Positions 8,130 through 16,381 of a DNA stretch of 64,000 bases are shown piece after piece. Position 1 is the first letter of the stretch; every line of letters starts with the position of its first letter. Source of the stretch: Candidatus Cryptobacteroides sp. (GTDB lineage: Bacteria; Bacteroidota; Bacteroidia; Bacteroidales; UBA932); assembly GCA_051869975.1 (NCBI GenBank), contig JBJEBK010000061.1:36461-100460 (forward strand). The letters run 5' to 3'. Made by a program: the position numbers and the translations under genes. The notes beneath the pieces were generated by a model. The model was given only the letters and a program-made list of their open reading frames with translations, made no database searches and was not told where the DNA came from.

Positions 8130-9721
8130 AACTGTCAGCAATTATCACTTCGGCCATTTTGGCTTGCACGATGCTCGCCAGCCCGGCCGCCGATGCACAG
8201 ACACGCAGCCGTGGAACTTCAACCCAAACCAGTACAACCAGCCGCTCAGGCAGCAGCTCTTCAAGCAGCCGCTCAAGCAGTTCTTCAAGCCGCTCAAGCA
8301 GTTCTTCAAGCCGCTCAAGCAGTTCTTCAAGCCGCTCAAGCAGTTCGACAAGCCGCTCCAGCAGCTCGTCCAGCAAAAGCAGCGTCTCCAGCTCCCGCAG
8401 TTCTGCCGGAAGCTCCAGCACCAGTCCGAGCCGCAGCTCAAATGTGAGCACCAGCCGCGCAACTACATCAAGCAGCATTTCTTCTTCCCAGACTCCGGAC
8501 AAGAAGACCACTACTGCTACACGCAGGCAGACCACAACTACCACCACCAAGCCTGCTAGCACCACATCAAACGCCAGCGACAATAAGACAACCACCGCTA
8601 CCCGCAGGCAGACCACCACAAAGCCGGCTTCATCATCGTCTTCTGGAAGCAGCTCCCAGAGGGTGACCGCAACCCGCAAGCGTGGCACAACCACCACGAC
8701 CGCCCAGCCTTCCGCCACCAATGACAACAGGTCAACTGCTACCCACAGGGCCGAGACTCCGGCCACAAGCACCAGCCGCACTCCATCAGGTACCGCTTCA
8801 AGCCATAGCAGCAGCGCATCTGCCGGCAGGACCCAGTCCACCAGCACTGCCCGTCAGCCATTGCCGGAGGGTTCTTCAGGTGTAGTGAGGAATCCCGGCA
8901 GTACAACATCAAAGCCCCAGTATGTGGCTGGACGCGATGCTTCTCCTTCGCAGAATAACGCGTACAAGCGTCCTGTCGCTTCCGACCACGACCAGTACCG
9001 CGGCAACAACAGGGTATCTCCATACAACCGTCCGCCAATCGACAACGGCCGTCCCGGCAGGTTCTTTGACCACGGATGCCACTATTACGGCTACAGGGTA
9101 CACTCCCTGCCTCCTCACCATACCCACCACGATTACTGGGGACGCAGATACTACTGCTACGACGGCATCTATTACCACTACCACAACGGTTACTACTATG
9201 TATGCCGTCCGCCTTACGGATACTATTTCGACTGCTCACTCTACTATTACGACCCGTTCCCTTGCCGCTTCGTATATTACAGCTATGCTTACAGGCAGTA
9301 TGATTTGATCAACGACAACTGGAACACAATAGCGCAGCAGAACGAAATCATAGCCCGCAACAATGCGACCATAGCGCAGCAGAACCTTACCGTTGCCCAG
9401 CTCAAGAGCCAGAACCTTGCAGCCAATGAGGCATACAACCTCGCCCGCAAGCTTGGTCTCGTCCAGAGTTTCGCCTATGCGGATGCTACCTATTACTACG
9501 ATGACGGAGTATTCTTCATCATCAACGGTGCAGGCCAGTACGAGACCATAGTTCCTCCGGCAGGAGCACTTGTCGAGTCACTACCTGACGATTATGAGGT
9601 GGTTACTCTCGTTGACGGTCGCGAGTACTACAGGGTGGATGATACCATCTACAGAGTTGTAGTTGTGGAGGGACAGGCCTACTTCGAGGTTCTTGGCCAG
9701 CTGCAGAACTACAAGTGGTAA
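8126..9721 (+). CDS. secreted low-complexity protein: Ser/Thr/Arg-rich tract, Tyr/His/Cys-rich block, coiled segment and a DUF6515-like C-terminal domain
   Basis: Signal peptide MKLSAIITSAILACTMLASPAADA-Q with an ATGA overlap with the upstream gene. About 240 aa of S/T/R repeats, then HGCHYYGYRVHSLPPHHTHHDYWGRRYYCYDGIYYHYHNGYYYVCRPPYGYYF. C-terminus: YYYDDGVFFII..YETIVPPAGALVESLPDDYEVV..GREYYRVDDTIYRVV. Confidence 0.65.
   Translation: MKLSAIITSAILACTMLASPAADAQTRSRGTSTQTSTTSRSGSSSSSSRSSSSSSRSSSSSSRSSSSSSRSSSSTSRSSSSSSKSSVSSSRSSAGSSSTSPSRSSNVSTSRATTSSSISSSQTPDKKTTTATRRQTTTTTTKPASTTSNASDNKTTTATRRQTTTKPASSSSSGSSSQRVTATRKRGTTTTTAQPSATNDNRSTATHRAETPATSTSRTPSGTASSHSSSASAGRTQSTSTARQPLPEGSSGVVRNPGSTTSKPQYVAGRDASPSQNNAYKRPVASDHDQYRGNNRVSPYNRPPIDNGRPGRFFDHGCHYYGYRVHSLPPHHTHHDYWGRRYYCYDGIYYHYHNGYYYVCRPPYGYYFDCSLYYYDPFPCRFVYYSYAYRQYDLINDNWNTIAQQNEIIARNNATIAQQNLTVAQLKSQNLAANEAYNLARKLGLVQSFAYADATYYYDDGVFFIINGAGQYETIVPPAGALVESLPDDYEVVTLVDGREYYRVDDTIYRVVVVEGQAYFEVLGQLQNYKW
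8242..8373 (+). repeat. in-frame 21-bp tandem repeat (SSSSSSR heptads), 3 perfect plus about 3 degenerate copies
   Basis: ccgctcaagcagttcttcaag at 8269-8289, 8290-8310 and 8311-8331, with diverged flanking copies. Confidence 0.9.
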
Positions 9722-11868
9722 TCGGCCGGAGGTACCGGCACCAGTTTAGGGGCTGGAACAGGTGCGAGGCGCGGAATGCGCACCATCTGTTCCAGCTCTT
9801 CTTCTGACATATATTCCGCACTGTCGCACAGCGCTAGATCTTCAGCCCTTTTGGCCTCCATCTTTCCGACCTTTCCCTCACCCACAATGCGGTCGGAAAG
9901 CTTGCCGTTTACGCCCTTGATGGCAATTTGCTTGGCATAAAGCAACTCATCCACATCCTCGTGGAAACTCGGCACATTGACTCCCTTGAACTGAGCCTTC
10001 ATCAGCCTCCATTTCAGGTGGCTGAAATCGCTCCCGTAGAGATTCACACCGAAGCGTATGAGTATGGGAGACCGGAGCAGGGACACCTTGTAGTCAAACC
10101 TGCCGTTGAAATTCTGCCAACCTCCGAGCGCAAGTGAATAGCGGTCCAGACTTAGCAGGAAAGGATAGAGACGGACCTGGCTGTTGCGCACCGTACCGCT
10201 GATATACAGGGAATCGATTCTTCCCTTTTTGCGGTCGCGGAACATCAGAATCTTGGCAATCTTCTTGAAAGCCCCCTCCTGATTGAGCGAAAGTTCGCTT
10301 CCGGTAATCCTGAAGGCACCTTCCATAGTTGGCAGCTTAGGCCGATAGAGAGTGTCCAGGCTTGTAGTAGCGGCCAGTTCACAGTTCAGATTGCCTTTGA
10401 AAGAACTGAGAATAGGAACCAGAGTATCTACGGCAGGGACAAGGTCTATGAGCTTTTCGGCTGTGATATTCTGAAGCTTCACATCGAAGCCTGCATTGAT
10501 ATTCTTCTTGGATTTTGTCGAATAGAACGCATCAGCGCTGACCGCCCCGAAGTCCGTACGGGCCTTCAAATCGACCACCTGAGCCGTTCTCTCGGTAATG
10601 CGAACGCGGGCGTTCAAATCCTCTGCGCAGATATTGGAATATATGGCGCGCTCGGCCTGCAGATGAATCTCCGCATTGACATTGGACGGAATTACAAAAA
10701 GCTTAAGCTGTCTGGCGGCAGTATCTTCCGGAGAAATATAGTCCTCCTCCAGCACTGCATCATAATCCTCATCTTCGTCGGTGGTGAGGCTGTCCGCGGA
10801 TGCTTCCTTTCCCTTTTCCAGAGCCGCGAGCAGCTGGTTTGCCTGGATCATCTTGGAATGGATGTCAAGGGCAATATTGTACTCGCCCTGACCGCTGCCG
10901 GTAGTGATGTCCGACACGCCGGTAACGGAGCCGGTGAGATCCAGGTCGGACGCTCCGCAACGCAGTTTCAGCGCATCAATGGAAAGCCCGTTCAAATCTG
11001 CTGAAGCATTGAACTCATCCACGCGGGTGCGCAGCGGCAGAGCCGGTGTGCGCACTGCAGCCTTGGCAAAACGAAGGTTCACACGCGGATTCCACTGCCC
11101 CAGCAGTGCCGTAAGCGTACTGTCGAGCTGGATGTTTATGTCCGACGAAAGAAAATCCTGCTCCTGAAGATACTCGTCACTGCTGTGCTCTTTGCGTGCA
11201 ACAGTGCGCACAGCAGCCTTGTTGCCGGCAGAAACATCCAGCACAAAATCCCTCAGGGAAACCCTTCCTGCAGGGGTCACGGCGCGAATCCTCGGAGATG
11301 TGAGCAAGAGTGCAAGCTCGGTGTCGTCCCCGTCATTGACTGCAGAAAGAGAAAGCCTCAGTGAGAGGTCTTTGACATAGTCCAGCAAATCCAGGTCGGT
11401 ATCCGATATGGACAGATTAACCCTCATCCGGGGAAGCACAAAAGGCTTCTTCTCCTTGAGGGTATCCTTGGGCTCATCGGGGTGCTTGAGCATCAGGGTG
11501 TCGGACCAGTCCAGGTCGGCACGCACGCCCTTCAGAGCGAGCTCAGGCACATCGATAAAGCCGTGGATGACATTGGGTACATTGACCCTCAATGCCAATG
11601 AAGACACACCCAGCACCGTGTCGGAAGGTGCCGGGTATGTCACTGAGATGTCGCTCAGGTCCAAAGAAAGTTCAGGCCAGGTGCGGAAAATCTTCATACG
11701 CAAATCGCCTACCTCCACCTTCGCTTCGAGCGTGGATTCCAAAGCCTTGGAAATAAGTACATTGCGAAGAGGGGTAAAGAGCGCGGCGCATACCAACCCC
11801 ACCACCAGCACAAGCAGCGTGAGCAGGGAGATGAGCACTATCTTCAGAGCCTTGAACTTCCTTTTCAT
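9709..11868 (-). CDS. AsmA/TamB-like envelope protein
   Basis: 719 aa with a single N-terminal TM helix (KIVLISLLTLLVLVVGLVCAALF) and a long beta-rich body. The call rests on architecture and resemblance to the AsmA family. It overlaps the convergent gene by 13 nt. Confidence 0.6.
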   Translation of the reverse strand: MKRKFKALKIVLISLLTLLVLVVGLVCAALFTPLRNVLISKALESTLEAKVEVGDLRMKIFRTWPELSLDLSDISVTYPAPSDTVLGVSSLALRVNVPNVIHGFIDVPELALKGVRADLDWSDTLMLKHPDEPKDTLKEKKPFVLPRMRVNLSISDTDLDLLDYVKDLSLRLSLSAVNDGDDTELALLLTSPRIRAVTPAGRVSLRDFVLDVSAGNKAAVRTVARKEHSSDEYLQEQDFLSSDINIQLDSTLTALLGQWNPRVNLRFAKAAVRTPALPLRTRVDEFNASADLNGLSIDALKLRCGASDLDLTGSVTGVSDITTGSGQGEYNIALDIHSKMIQANQLLAALEKGKEASADSLTTDEDEDYDAVLEEDYISPEDTAARQLKLFVIPSNVNAEIHLQAERAIYSNICAEDLNARVRITERTAQVVDLKARTDFGAVSADAFYSTKSKKNINAGFDVKLQNITAEKLIDLVPAVDTLVPILSSFKGNLNCELAATTSLDTLYRPKLPTMEGAFRITGSELSLNQEGAFKKIAKILMFRDRKKGRIDSLYISGTVRNSQVRLYPFLLSLDRYSLALGGWQNFNGRFDYKVSLLRSPILIRFGVNLYGSDFSHLKWRLMKAQFKGVNVPSFHEDVDELLYAKQIAIKGVNGKLSDRIVGEGKVGKMEAKRAEDLALCDSAEYMSEEELEQMVRIPRLAPVPAPKLVPVPPADYHL

Positions 11869-11871
11869 AGA

Positions 11872-13497
11872 CTAGAGACCTATTTTCTTGAAGAAATCGT
11901 TGCCCTTGTCGTCAACGAGGATGAAGGCAGGGAAATCGACCACATCAATCTTCCATATAGCCTCCATTCCGAGCTCAGGGTACTCGACGCACTCTATGCT
12001 CTTTATGTTCTCCTGGGCAAGGATGGCTGCAGGGCCTCCTATGGAGCCGAGATAGAAGCCTCCGTGCTTGCGGCAGGCATCCGTAACGGCCTGGCTGCGG
12101 TTGCCCTTGGCGAGCATAATCATAGAAGCGCCGTTCTCCTGGAACTCATCCACATAAGGGTCCATACGGCCTGCTGTGGTAGGTCCCATAGAGCCGCAAG
12201 GCATACCTGCCGGAGTTTTGGCAGGGCCTGCGTAATAGATAGGGTGGTCCTTCATATATTGAGGCATACCTTCACCGGCATCGAGGCGGGCCTTGAGCTT
12301 GGCGTGAGCTATGTCACGGCCTACGATAATGGTGCCGTTGAGCGAGAGGCGGGTGCCTACAGGGTACTTGGTGAGAATCCTGCACACCTCGCTCATAGGC
12401 TGGTTGAGGTCGACAGATACCGCTCCGCTCTCGCCTGCGTTGCGAAGCTCCTGCGGGATGAGCTCGTACGTCTTGTCGTCCATCTTTTCGATCCATATAC
12501 CATCCTCATTGATTTTCGCCTTGATGTTGCGGTCAGCCGAGCAGCTGACTCCAAGGCCGATAGGGCAGCTTGCGCCGTGACGCGGAAGGCGGATTACGCG
12601 CACGTCGTGAGCCATATACTTGCCGCCGAACTGGGCTCCGAGACCTATCTTATGAGCCTCTTCAAGAAGCTGGGCCTCGAGCTCAAGGTCACGGAAAGCG
12701 CGTCCTGTCTCATCGCCTGTGGTAGGGAGCTCATCATAATAATGGGTAGATGCGAGCTTCACGGTGAGAAGGTTCTTCTCGGCAGATGTTCCGCCGATGA
12801 CGAAGGCAATATGGTAAGGAGGGCAGGCTGCAGTGCCGAGACTGCGCATTTTCTCTACGAGGAATGGAACGAGGGTGCCCGGGTTCTGGATGCGGGCCTT
12901 GGTCTCCTGGTAGAGATATGTCTTGTTGGCGGAGCCTCCACCCTTGGTGACGCATAGGAAGCGGTATTCCATACCCTCCTCAGCCTCAAGGTCAATTTGG
13001 GCAGGAAGGTTGCACTTGGTATTCACTTCCCTGTACATATCCAGAGGCGCGTTCTGCGAGTAGCGGAGGTTCTCCTCGGTATAGGTCTTATAAACCCCGA
13101 GGGAAAGGGCCTCCTTGTCGTCGAAGCCCGTCCAAACCTGCTGGCCCTTCTCTCCGTGGATGATGGCGGTGCCGGTGTCCTGGCAAAGCGGAAGCTTGCC
13201 CTTGGCTGCCACCTCGGCATTGCGCAGGAATGTCAGCGCTACATATTTGTCGTTGTCGGAGGCCTCAGGGTCGCTGAGAATCTTGGCAACCTGCTCGTTG
13301 TGGGAGCGGCGCAGCAGGAAGCTGACATCGCGGAAGGCGGTGTTTGCCATAAGGGTGAGTGCCTCTTTGCTTACTTTGAGAACCTTGTGGCCCTCGAACT
13401 CGCCGGTGGAAACGAGAGCTTCCGAGCCCGGAATCTTGTAGTATTCAGTCTTGTCCTCGCCAAGCTGAAACATAGGTGCATAAACAAATTCTGCCAT
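11872..13497 (-). CDS. class I (Fe-S) fumarate hydratase, fused alpha/beta type
   Basis: 541 aa. Motifs: [33 protein letters not shown], and a C-terminal beta-subunit-like part [18 protein letters not shown]. Confidence 0.9.
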   Translation of the reverse strand: MAEFVYAPMFQLGEDKTEYYKIPGSEALVSTGEFEGHKVLKVSKEALTLMANTAFRDVSFLLRRSHNEQVAKILSDPEASDNDKYVALTFLRNAEVAAKGKLPLCQDTGTAIIHGEKGQQVWTGFDDKEALSLGVYKTYTEENLRYSQNAPLDMYREVNTKCNLPAQIDLEAEEGMEYRFLCVTKGGGSANKTYLYQETKARIQNPGTLVPFLVEKMRSLGTAACPPYHIAFVIGGTSAEKNLLTVKLASTHYYDELPTTGDETGRAFRDLELEAQLLEEAHKIGLGAQFGGKYMAHDVRVIRLPRHGASCPIGLGVSCSADRNIKAKINEDGIWIEKMDDKTYELIPQELRNAGESGAVSVDLNQPMSEVCRILTKYPVGTRLSLNGTIIVGRDIAHAKLKARLDAGEGMPQYMKDHPIYYAGPAKTPAGMPCGSMGPTTAGRMDPYVDEFQENGASMIMLAKGNRSQAVTDACRKHGGFYLGSIGGPAAILAQENIKSIECVEYPELGMEAIWKIDVVDFPAFILVDDKGNDFFKKIGL

Positions 13498-13503
13498 TGC
13501 TAT

Positions 13504-14577
13504 TTAGTTGTTCATCAGATATTCTTTCATAAATGCATTCAGGTCCCCGTCCAGCACGCCCTGAGTGTCGGCGGTTTCGTAACCTGTACGCACATCCTTG
13601 ACCATCTTGTACGGGTGGAGCACATAGGAGCGGATTTGGGAGCCCCACTCTATTCTCTTCTTCTGCCCTTCGAGCTCGGCCTGCTTCTCGCGGCGCTTCT
13701 GGAGCTCGATATCATAGAGCCTGGACTTGAGGATGCGCAGGGCGTTCTGCCGGTTGTCCTGCTGGCTGCGGGTTTCGGTATTTTCAACCATAATGCCCGT
13801 AGGAATATGCCTTACCCGCACACCCGTCTCAACCTTGTTCACATTCTGGCCGCCGTGGCCTCCGGAACGGAAGGTATCCCACTCTATGTCCGCAGGGTTG
13901 ATTTCTATGTTGATGGTATCGTCCACGAGAGGATAGACAAAGACGGAGCTGAAAGTGGTCTGGCGCTTGCCCTGGGCATTGAAAGGAGATATCCGCACAA
14001 GCCTGTGCACTCCTGACTCCCCTTTGAGGTAGCCGTAGGCATATTCGCCTTCAAAAGAAATGGTCGCGCTCTTCACGCCGACCTCGTCCCCTTCCTGGTT
14101 CTCGGTGACGGTCATCTTGTAGCCGTTGCGCTCGCCCCAGCGCATATACATACGCATAAGCATAGCGGACCAGTCGTTGGCTTCAGTGCCGCCGGCTCCG
14201 GAGTTGATGGTGAGTACGGCTCCGAGGTTGTCGCCCTCGGCTCCAAGCATATTGCGCAGCTCCAGGTCCTCGACTGCACTTACCGCGGCTGCATAGGCGG
14301 TATCGAGTTCCTGCGATTCTTCCCCTTCCACGAATTCCAGAAGTACATCCAGGTCATCCACCAGGGATGCAGCCTTGTCGAATGCGGCTACCGTCTGCTT
14401 TACCGAGCTGGCCTTCTTGAGGAAGGTTTCGGCCGCCTTCGGGTCGTCCCAGAAGCCGGGCTCCTGGCTTTTGGCTTCATTGTCAGCAACTTCCTTGCGC
14501 TTGGCTTCTATAGCTGTGCACTGCCGGAGAGTCTCGATTCTCCCGTGCAGTTCCTTTATCTGCTCCTGTGTTGTCAT
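13504..14577 (-). CDS. prfB: peptide chain release factor 2 (single uninterrupted ORF)
   Basis: SPF motif (RISPFNAQGKRQTTF) and GGQ motif (RSGGHGGQNVNKVET). The N-terminus is contiguous, with no CTTTGAC shift site. Confidence 0.9.
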   Translation of the reverse strand: MTTQEQIKELHGRIETLRQCTAIEAKRKEVADNEAKSQEPGFWDDPKAAETFLKKASSVKQTVAAFDKAASLVDDLDVLLEFVEGEESQELDTAYAAAVSAVEDLELRNMLGAEGDNLGAVLTINSGAGGTEANDWSAMLMRMYMRWGERNGYKMTVTENQEGDEVGVKSATISFEGEYAYGYLKGESGVHRLVRISPFNAQGKRQTTFSSVFVYPLVDDTINIEINPADIEWDTFRSGGHGGQNVNKVETGVRVRHIPTGIMVENTETRSQQDNRQNALRILKSRLYDIELQKRREKQAELEGQKKRIEWGSQIRSYVLHPYKMVKDVRTGYETADTQGVLDGDLNAFMKEYLMNN

Positions 14578-14584
14578 AATCGTA

Positions 14585-14592
14585 CAAAGTTA
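14585..14592 (-). promoter_or_regulatory. -7 box (TAACTTTG) 7 nt upstream of the prfB ATG
   Basis: TAnnTTTG match on the minus strand. The spacing implies a leaderless or near-leaderless mRNA. Confidence 0.4.
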
Positions 14593-14619
14593 GGAATTTT
14601 ACCTTAATGGTAAAAGTGC

Positions 14620-14627
14620 TATCTTTG
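14620..14627 (+). promoter_or_regulatory. -7 box (TATCTTTG) 7 nt upstream of the murI ATG
   Basis: TAnnTTTG match, divergent from the prfB box. Confidence 0.4.
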
Positions 14628-14634
14628 CATTGCT

Positions 14635-15399
14635 ATGGCAAAAATCGGAGTAATGGATTCAGGCTGCGGAGGGCTCTCCGTGCTGCGCGAACTTCTCAGG
14701 GTTCTCCCGGAGGAGCAATATGTCTATTTCTCCGACAATGCCAACTGCCCATACGGCGAGAAAAGTCAGGATTTCATAATTGGCAGATGCCGCGAAATCG
14801 TGGGCGGTTTCCTGCGCGAAGGGGTGCAGGCCGTTGTTATTGCCTGCAACACTGCAACGGCAGCTGCAATTGCCACCCTGCGCACGGAGTATCCCGGGAT
14901 TCCTTTTGTCGGGATGGAGCCGGCGGTCAAACCGGCGGTGGGTGGAACCCGCAGCGGCACCATCGGTGTGCTTGCAACAAACAGTACTCTCCATTCTGCC
15001 AAATACATCGAGACCCGCGACCGCTATGCTCAGGGAGTTCGGGTGGTGGAGCATGTTGGGGAGGGCTTCGTTGAACTGGTGGAGTCGTTGGACCTGGATT
15101 CGGATAATACAAGAACTGTTGTGGAGCGCAGCCTGCGTCCGCTTCTGGAGCAGGGTGCGGACAATATTGTGCTCGGGTGCACTCATTATCCTTTCCTCGT
15201 GCCGGTGATGCAGCAGATTGCAGGGCCTCAGGTGCGGTTCATAGATCCGGCTCCTGCTGCTGCCCGTCAGCTCAGCCGTGTTTTGGACGCTTACGGCCTG
15301 AGCACAGGCGAAGGCCCGGGAAGCGTAGTCCTCAAAAGCAGCGGACCGGTTGACGCGGTTCGCCGCTTGTACGAATCTGTTGCCTGTGTCTTGTTTTGA
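14635..15399 (+). CDS. murI: glutamate racemase
   Basis: GVMDSGCGGLSVLREL, VIACNTATAAA, VLGCTHYPFL. Confidence 0.9.
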   Translation: MAKIGVMDSGCGGLSVLRELLRVLPEEQYVYFSDNANCPYGEKSQDFIIGRCREIVGGFLREGVQAVVIACNTATAAAIATLRTEYPGIPFVGMEPAVKPAVGGTRSGTIGVLATNSTLHSAKYIETRDRYAQGVRVVEHVGEGFVELVESLDLDSDNTRTVVERSLRPLLEQGADNIVLGCTHYPFLVPVMQQIAGPQVRFIDPAPAAARQLSRVLDAYGLSTGEGPGSVVLKSSGPVDAVRRLYESVACVLF

Positions 15400-15722
15400 A
15401 AGCGGTTTACCTCAAAGCTTCGCTGGTTAATCAAATCACCTTCCACGGTAGGATGGCTTGCAGGCCAGTCTGGCAGGGAGCTGCGTGGAAGGTGATTTTG
15501 ATCACTGAGATTCCCGGTCCTGTCCGAGTTGTATCGCCAAGCTATTTCGCCCTGCTGACAAGGCGGCAGGGTAGGTGAAATTGTAATTCGTTGACAATCA
15601 ACTATTTAGGATTTTCGTATGGGGTGTTTTACCCCCATACGAAAATTTTAACATATTATGTATTAAGAAGTTACAATTTCACTCACCCATCCGGATTGTA
15701 CAGAAGAGGCCTTCTGGTGTAC
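15397..15722 (+). repeat. left arm of a long inverted repeat (222-bp core 15501-15722, weaker outer part 15397-15436, copy-specific 64-bp palindromic insert 15437-15500)
   Basis: By my hand alignment, the core 15501-15722 equals the reverse complement of 18028-18249 with 2 mismatches. Confidence 0.9.
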
Positions 15723-16016
15723 AGACTGGGGAGCAGGCAGGCGATGCCCTCCAGAACCGTCTCGCTATGCTCGACCCCACCGCTGACGCGGTCCCCCCCT
15801 CTTATGGTGCCGAGGGTGGCACAGGTTCTTGGAGGGCACCGCCTGCCTCGAGAGGGGTCGGCGTCAGCCGACGTGGTGGAGCGTCAGCGAGGTTTTCGCA
15901 GAAAACCGAAGCAGCGGAGCCACCGGCCGGAACGTGGTGAAGGCCGTATGCCCCTGAAAGGGGCTGTCAGCGTAAGCTGACTGGGGTTGAGAAGTTTGCG
16001 GCATGCAAATGCCGCC

Positions 16017-16255
16017 GGGAGCCGCGGGGGTCATTCGGGGGCAGAGCTCCCGCTAACAATCGCGCCTCAGCGCGACGGCGGAGGCCGGGATGTAGCGAAG
16101 CGAAATCGGTAGGCCGGGAGCCGCGGGGGTCATTCGGGGGCAGAGCTCCCGCTAACAATCGCGCCTCAGCGCGACGGCGGAGGCCGGGATGTAGCGAAGC
16201 GAAATCGGTAGGCCGGGAGCCGCGGGGGTCATTCGGGGGCAGAGCCCCCGCAGAA
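16017..16255 (-). repeat. 99-bp tandem repeat, 2.4 copies, immediately 3' of tRNA-Leu
   Basis: Units 16017-16115 and 16116-16214 are identical. The third copy diverges after about 30 bp. A partial inverted unit lies at 18307-18361. Confidence 0.9.
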
Positions 16256-16256
16256 G

Positions 16257-16337
16257 TGCGGGTAGTGGGACTCGAACCCACACGCACGGGGCACAAGATC
16301 CTAAGTCTTGCTTGTCTACCAATTTCAACATACCCGC
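16257..16337 (-). tRNA. tRNA-Leu (anticodon TAG), long variable arm
   Basis: The reverse complement is GCGGGTA-TG-TTGAAATTGGTAGACAA-G-CAAGA-CTTAGGA-TCTTG-TGCCCCGTGCGTG-TGGGTTCGAGTCCCA-C-TACCCGC-A. All four arms pair. Confidence 0.9.
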
Positions 16338-16346
16338 AAGAGTTTG

Positions 16347-16354
16347 CAAAGATA
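16347..16354 (-). promoter_or_regulatory. -7 box (TATCTTTG) for tRNA-Leu
   Basis: TAnnTTTG match on the minus strand, 9 nt upstream of the mature 5' end. Confidence 0.45.
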
Positions 16355-16381
16355 ACAAAATTCACGGACTTTCGCCGAAAA

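Noticed and set aside
8095-8847. A 250-aa minus-strand ORF with an ELLERLEELLERLEE coiled-coil-like repeat.
   Set aside because: It is the mirror image of the Ser-rich 21-bp repeats. The + strand ORF has a signal peptide, an operon-style ATGA junction and a recognisable C-terminal domain.
13504-14577. A programmed +1 frameshift in prfB.
   Set aside because: The ORF is uninterrupted from MTTQEQIKELHGRIETLRQ... through the position where the CTTTGAC shift site would be, and no such site is present.
15591-15980. Paired ORFs beginning MTINYLGFSYGVFYPHTKILTYYVLRSYNFTHPSGLY (15591..15980 + and 17884..18159 -).
   Set aside because: The shared N-termini are simply the two arms of the inverted repeat read in the same sense. 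They run across hairpins, have no promoter or conserved domain, and diverge into junk outside the repeat.
16017-16255. A possible CRISPR array, suggested by repeated GC-rich units.
   Set aside because: The 99-bp units are directly adjacent with no spacers, are far longer than CRISPR repeats, and no cas genes are nearby.
15967-16365. A 132-aa minus-strand ORF with the internal repeat ALPPNDPRGSRPTDFASLHPGLRRRAEARLLAG.
   Set aside because: It is the translation of the 99-bp tandem repeat and runs straight through tRNA-Leu.
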